DNA of 64,000 nt from Gammaproteobacteria bacterium (GTDB taxonomy: Bacteria; Pseudomonadota; Gammaproteobacteria; Steroidobacterales; GCA-2729495), in assembly GCA_028285245.1 (NCBI GenBank), contig JANQPY010000036.1:11395-75394 (forward strand), given 5' to 3'. Of the stretch, positions 62,992-64,000 are shown piece by piece. Both the position numbers and the translations under genes were made by a program. The notes beneath the pieces are model-generated. The model did no database searches and was not told where the DNA came from. It was given only the letters and a program-made list of their open reading frames with translations. Numbering within the stretch: the stretch's first letter is position 1; each line of letters opens with the position of its first letter.

Positions 62992-64000
62992 CCACCGCCC
63001 AAAGACCGGTAGATGGATATGACATTCTGGGTTAACTCGCCCTGGCTTGCGGCGAGCAGGTCTTCCTGACCGAAAAGAGATCGCTCGCTGTCGAGCACAT
63101 TCTGAAAATCTGTTAGTCCGGACTTGTACAGAACCCGTACAAGCCGCACGGACTCCTGGGCAGCAGCGACAGAGCGCTGCAGGATCTCCTCCCGGCGCCG
63201 CTCCTGCACGTAACCGATCATCGAATCTTCAACGTCGCGCAATGCGTTGAGTATCGTTTGTTCGTAGGCCAGCACTGCCTGCTCGGTACGGGCATCCTCA
63301 ACGCGAATCGCGTTGCGCACGCGGCCGCCGTCAAACAGATTCCAGCTAAAGATCGGTCCCACTGACCAGGTCCTGTTGCCGCTCTCCAGAACCTGACCGC
63401 TAGTGGCCGCATACGCAAAGCTGCCGTTGACGAAAAAGTTTGGCAACAGCGCCACGGTCGCGATGCCCACTCGCGCGGTCTGAGCTGCGACCTGCCGCTC
63501 CGCGCGGCGAACGTCAGGTCTCGACCGAACCACATCAGCCGGAATACCAACAGAAAGCTGGCCGGGTGGAGCCGGAATCGGCGCAGGCACGGCGAGATCG
63601 GCATACAGACCTTGCGGCGGCTCGCCCAAGAGGATTGCCAAAGCGTTAATGGCCCGGTTAATCGAGGCTTCCAGACTAGGCAGAGCCGCCTCGGTCGTGG
63701 CCAGGTTCAACTCTGCCTGTCGCAGCTCAAAATCCCGAGCGAGCTCAGCGCGATTGCGCGCCTCAACCAGGCGCAATGTGTCGCGTTGGCGATCGACGTT
63801 TGCCCGCGCGAGCCGCAAGCGTTCCTGCAAGGTCCGCAGATTCACATAGACGCTGCCAACCTCTGCGTACAGCAGAACCTGCACATCGCGAAAGTCCTCG
63901 ATGGCTGCATCATAGTTCGCGCCCGCGGCCTCGACCGAGCGCCGCACCCGCCCCCACAGATCGAACTCCCAGGATGCGCCAACCCCAAGCCGACTTGCTG
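62958..64000 (-). CDS. RND efflux outer-membrane factor (NodT/TolC family), 5' end beyond window edge
   Basis: The frame stays open to position 64000. My translation upstream of the track start reads ...ASRLGVGASWEFDLWGRVRRSVEAAG, the canonical OMF 'SWE.DLWGR.RR' motif. The 34-nt overlap with the adaptor gene start is typical of these operons. Confidence 0.88.
   Translation of the reverse strand, partial: ASRLGVGASWEFDLWGRVRRSVEAAGANYDAAIEDFRDVQVLLYAEVGSVYVNLRTLQERLRLARANVDRQRDTLRLVEARNRAELARDFELRQAELNLATTEAALPSLEASINRAINALAILLGEPPQGLYADLAVPAPIPAPPGQLSVGIPADVVRSRPDVRRAERQVAAQTARVGIATVALLPNFFVNGSFAYAATSGQVLESGNRTWSVGPIFSWNLFDGGRVRNAIRVEDARTEQAVLAYEQTILNALRDVEDSMIGYVQERRREEILQRSVAAAQESVRLVRVLYKSGLTDFQNVLDSERSLFGQEDLLAASQGELTQNVISIYRSLGGGWDSTAEPTKQ

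Noticed and set aside
1-64000. CRISPR arrays, tRNA/rRNA genes, IS elements, integrases
   Set aside because: No regularly spaced direct repeats were seen beyond a 10-bp x2.5 and a 7-bp x2 tandem. No intergenic region has a cloverleaf-like tRNA sequence. No ORF has DDE transposase or tyrosine/serine recombinase motifs.

Overview
High-GC (roughly 60% by eye, not computed) chromosomal segment of a Gram-negative bacterium. The gene content (sohB, lipA, ttcA, nhaA, lpxA, gloA, a TonB-dependent receptor, a tripartite RND pump) fits an environmental or marine gammaproteobacterium. I support about 60 CDS, 5 intrinsic terminators, 1 sigma70-like promoter and one large intragenic tandem duplication. I could not support any rRNA, tRNA, CRISPR array, transposase, integrase or prophage. 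All family assignments come from motif recognition in the supplied translations; no searches were run. The most notable observations are these. (1) 9.9-14.6 kb: a full-length but highly divergent contractile-tail sheath homolog with no tube, baseplate or spike genes anywhere in the window. It lies on the same strand between an outer-membrane beta-barrel gene and two translationally coupled unknown proteins followed by an exported SAM-methyltransferase. This is my best candidate for an undescribed system. (2) 29.9-32.4 kb: a four-gene bufferin-type RiPP cluster (DUF2282 4-Cys precursor, DUF692/MNIO enzyme, DUF2063 partner, DoxX). (3) 44.8-53.3 kb: a block made up only of exported or surface proteins. 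It includes a 1008-aa protein built from two diverged 440-aa repeats plus TSP3 and dockerin-like modules, and a GDSL lipase with a PEP-CTERM-like tail but no exosortase nearby. (4) 56.3-64.0 kb: a TetR-ferredoxin-Trp-rich membrane protein-small exported protein operon convergent with an RND efflux operon. The remainder is ordinary envelope, protease, transport and housekeeping content.
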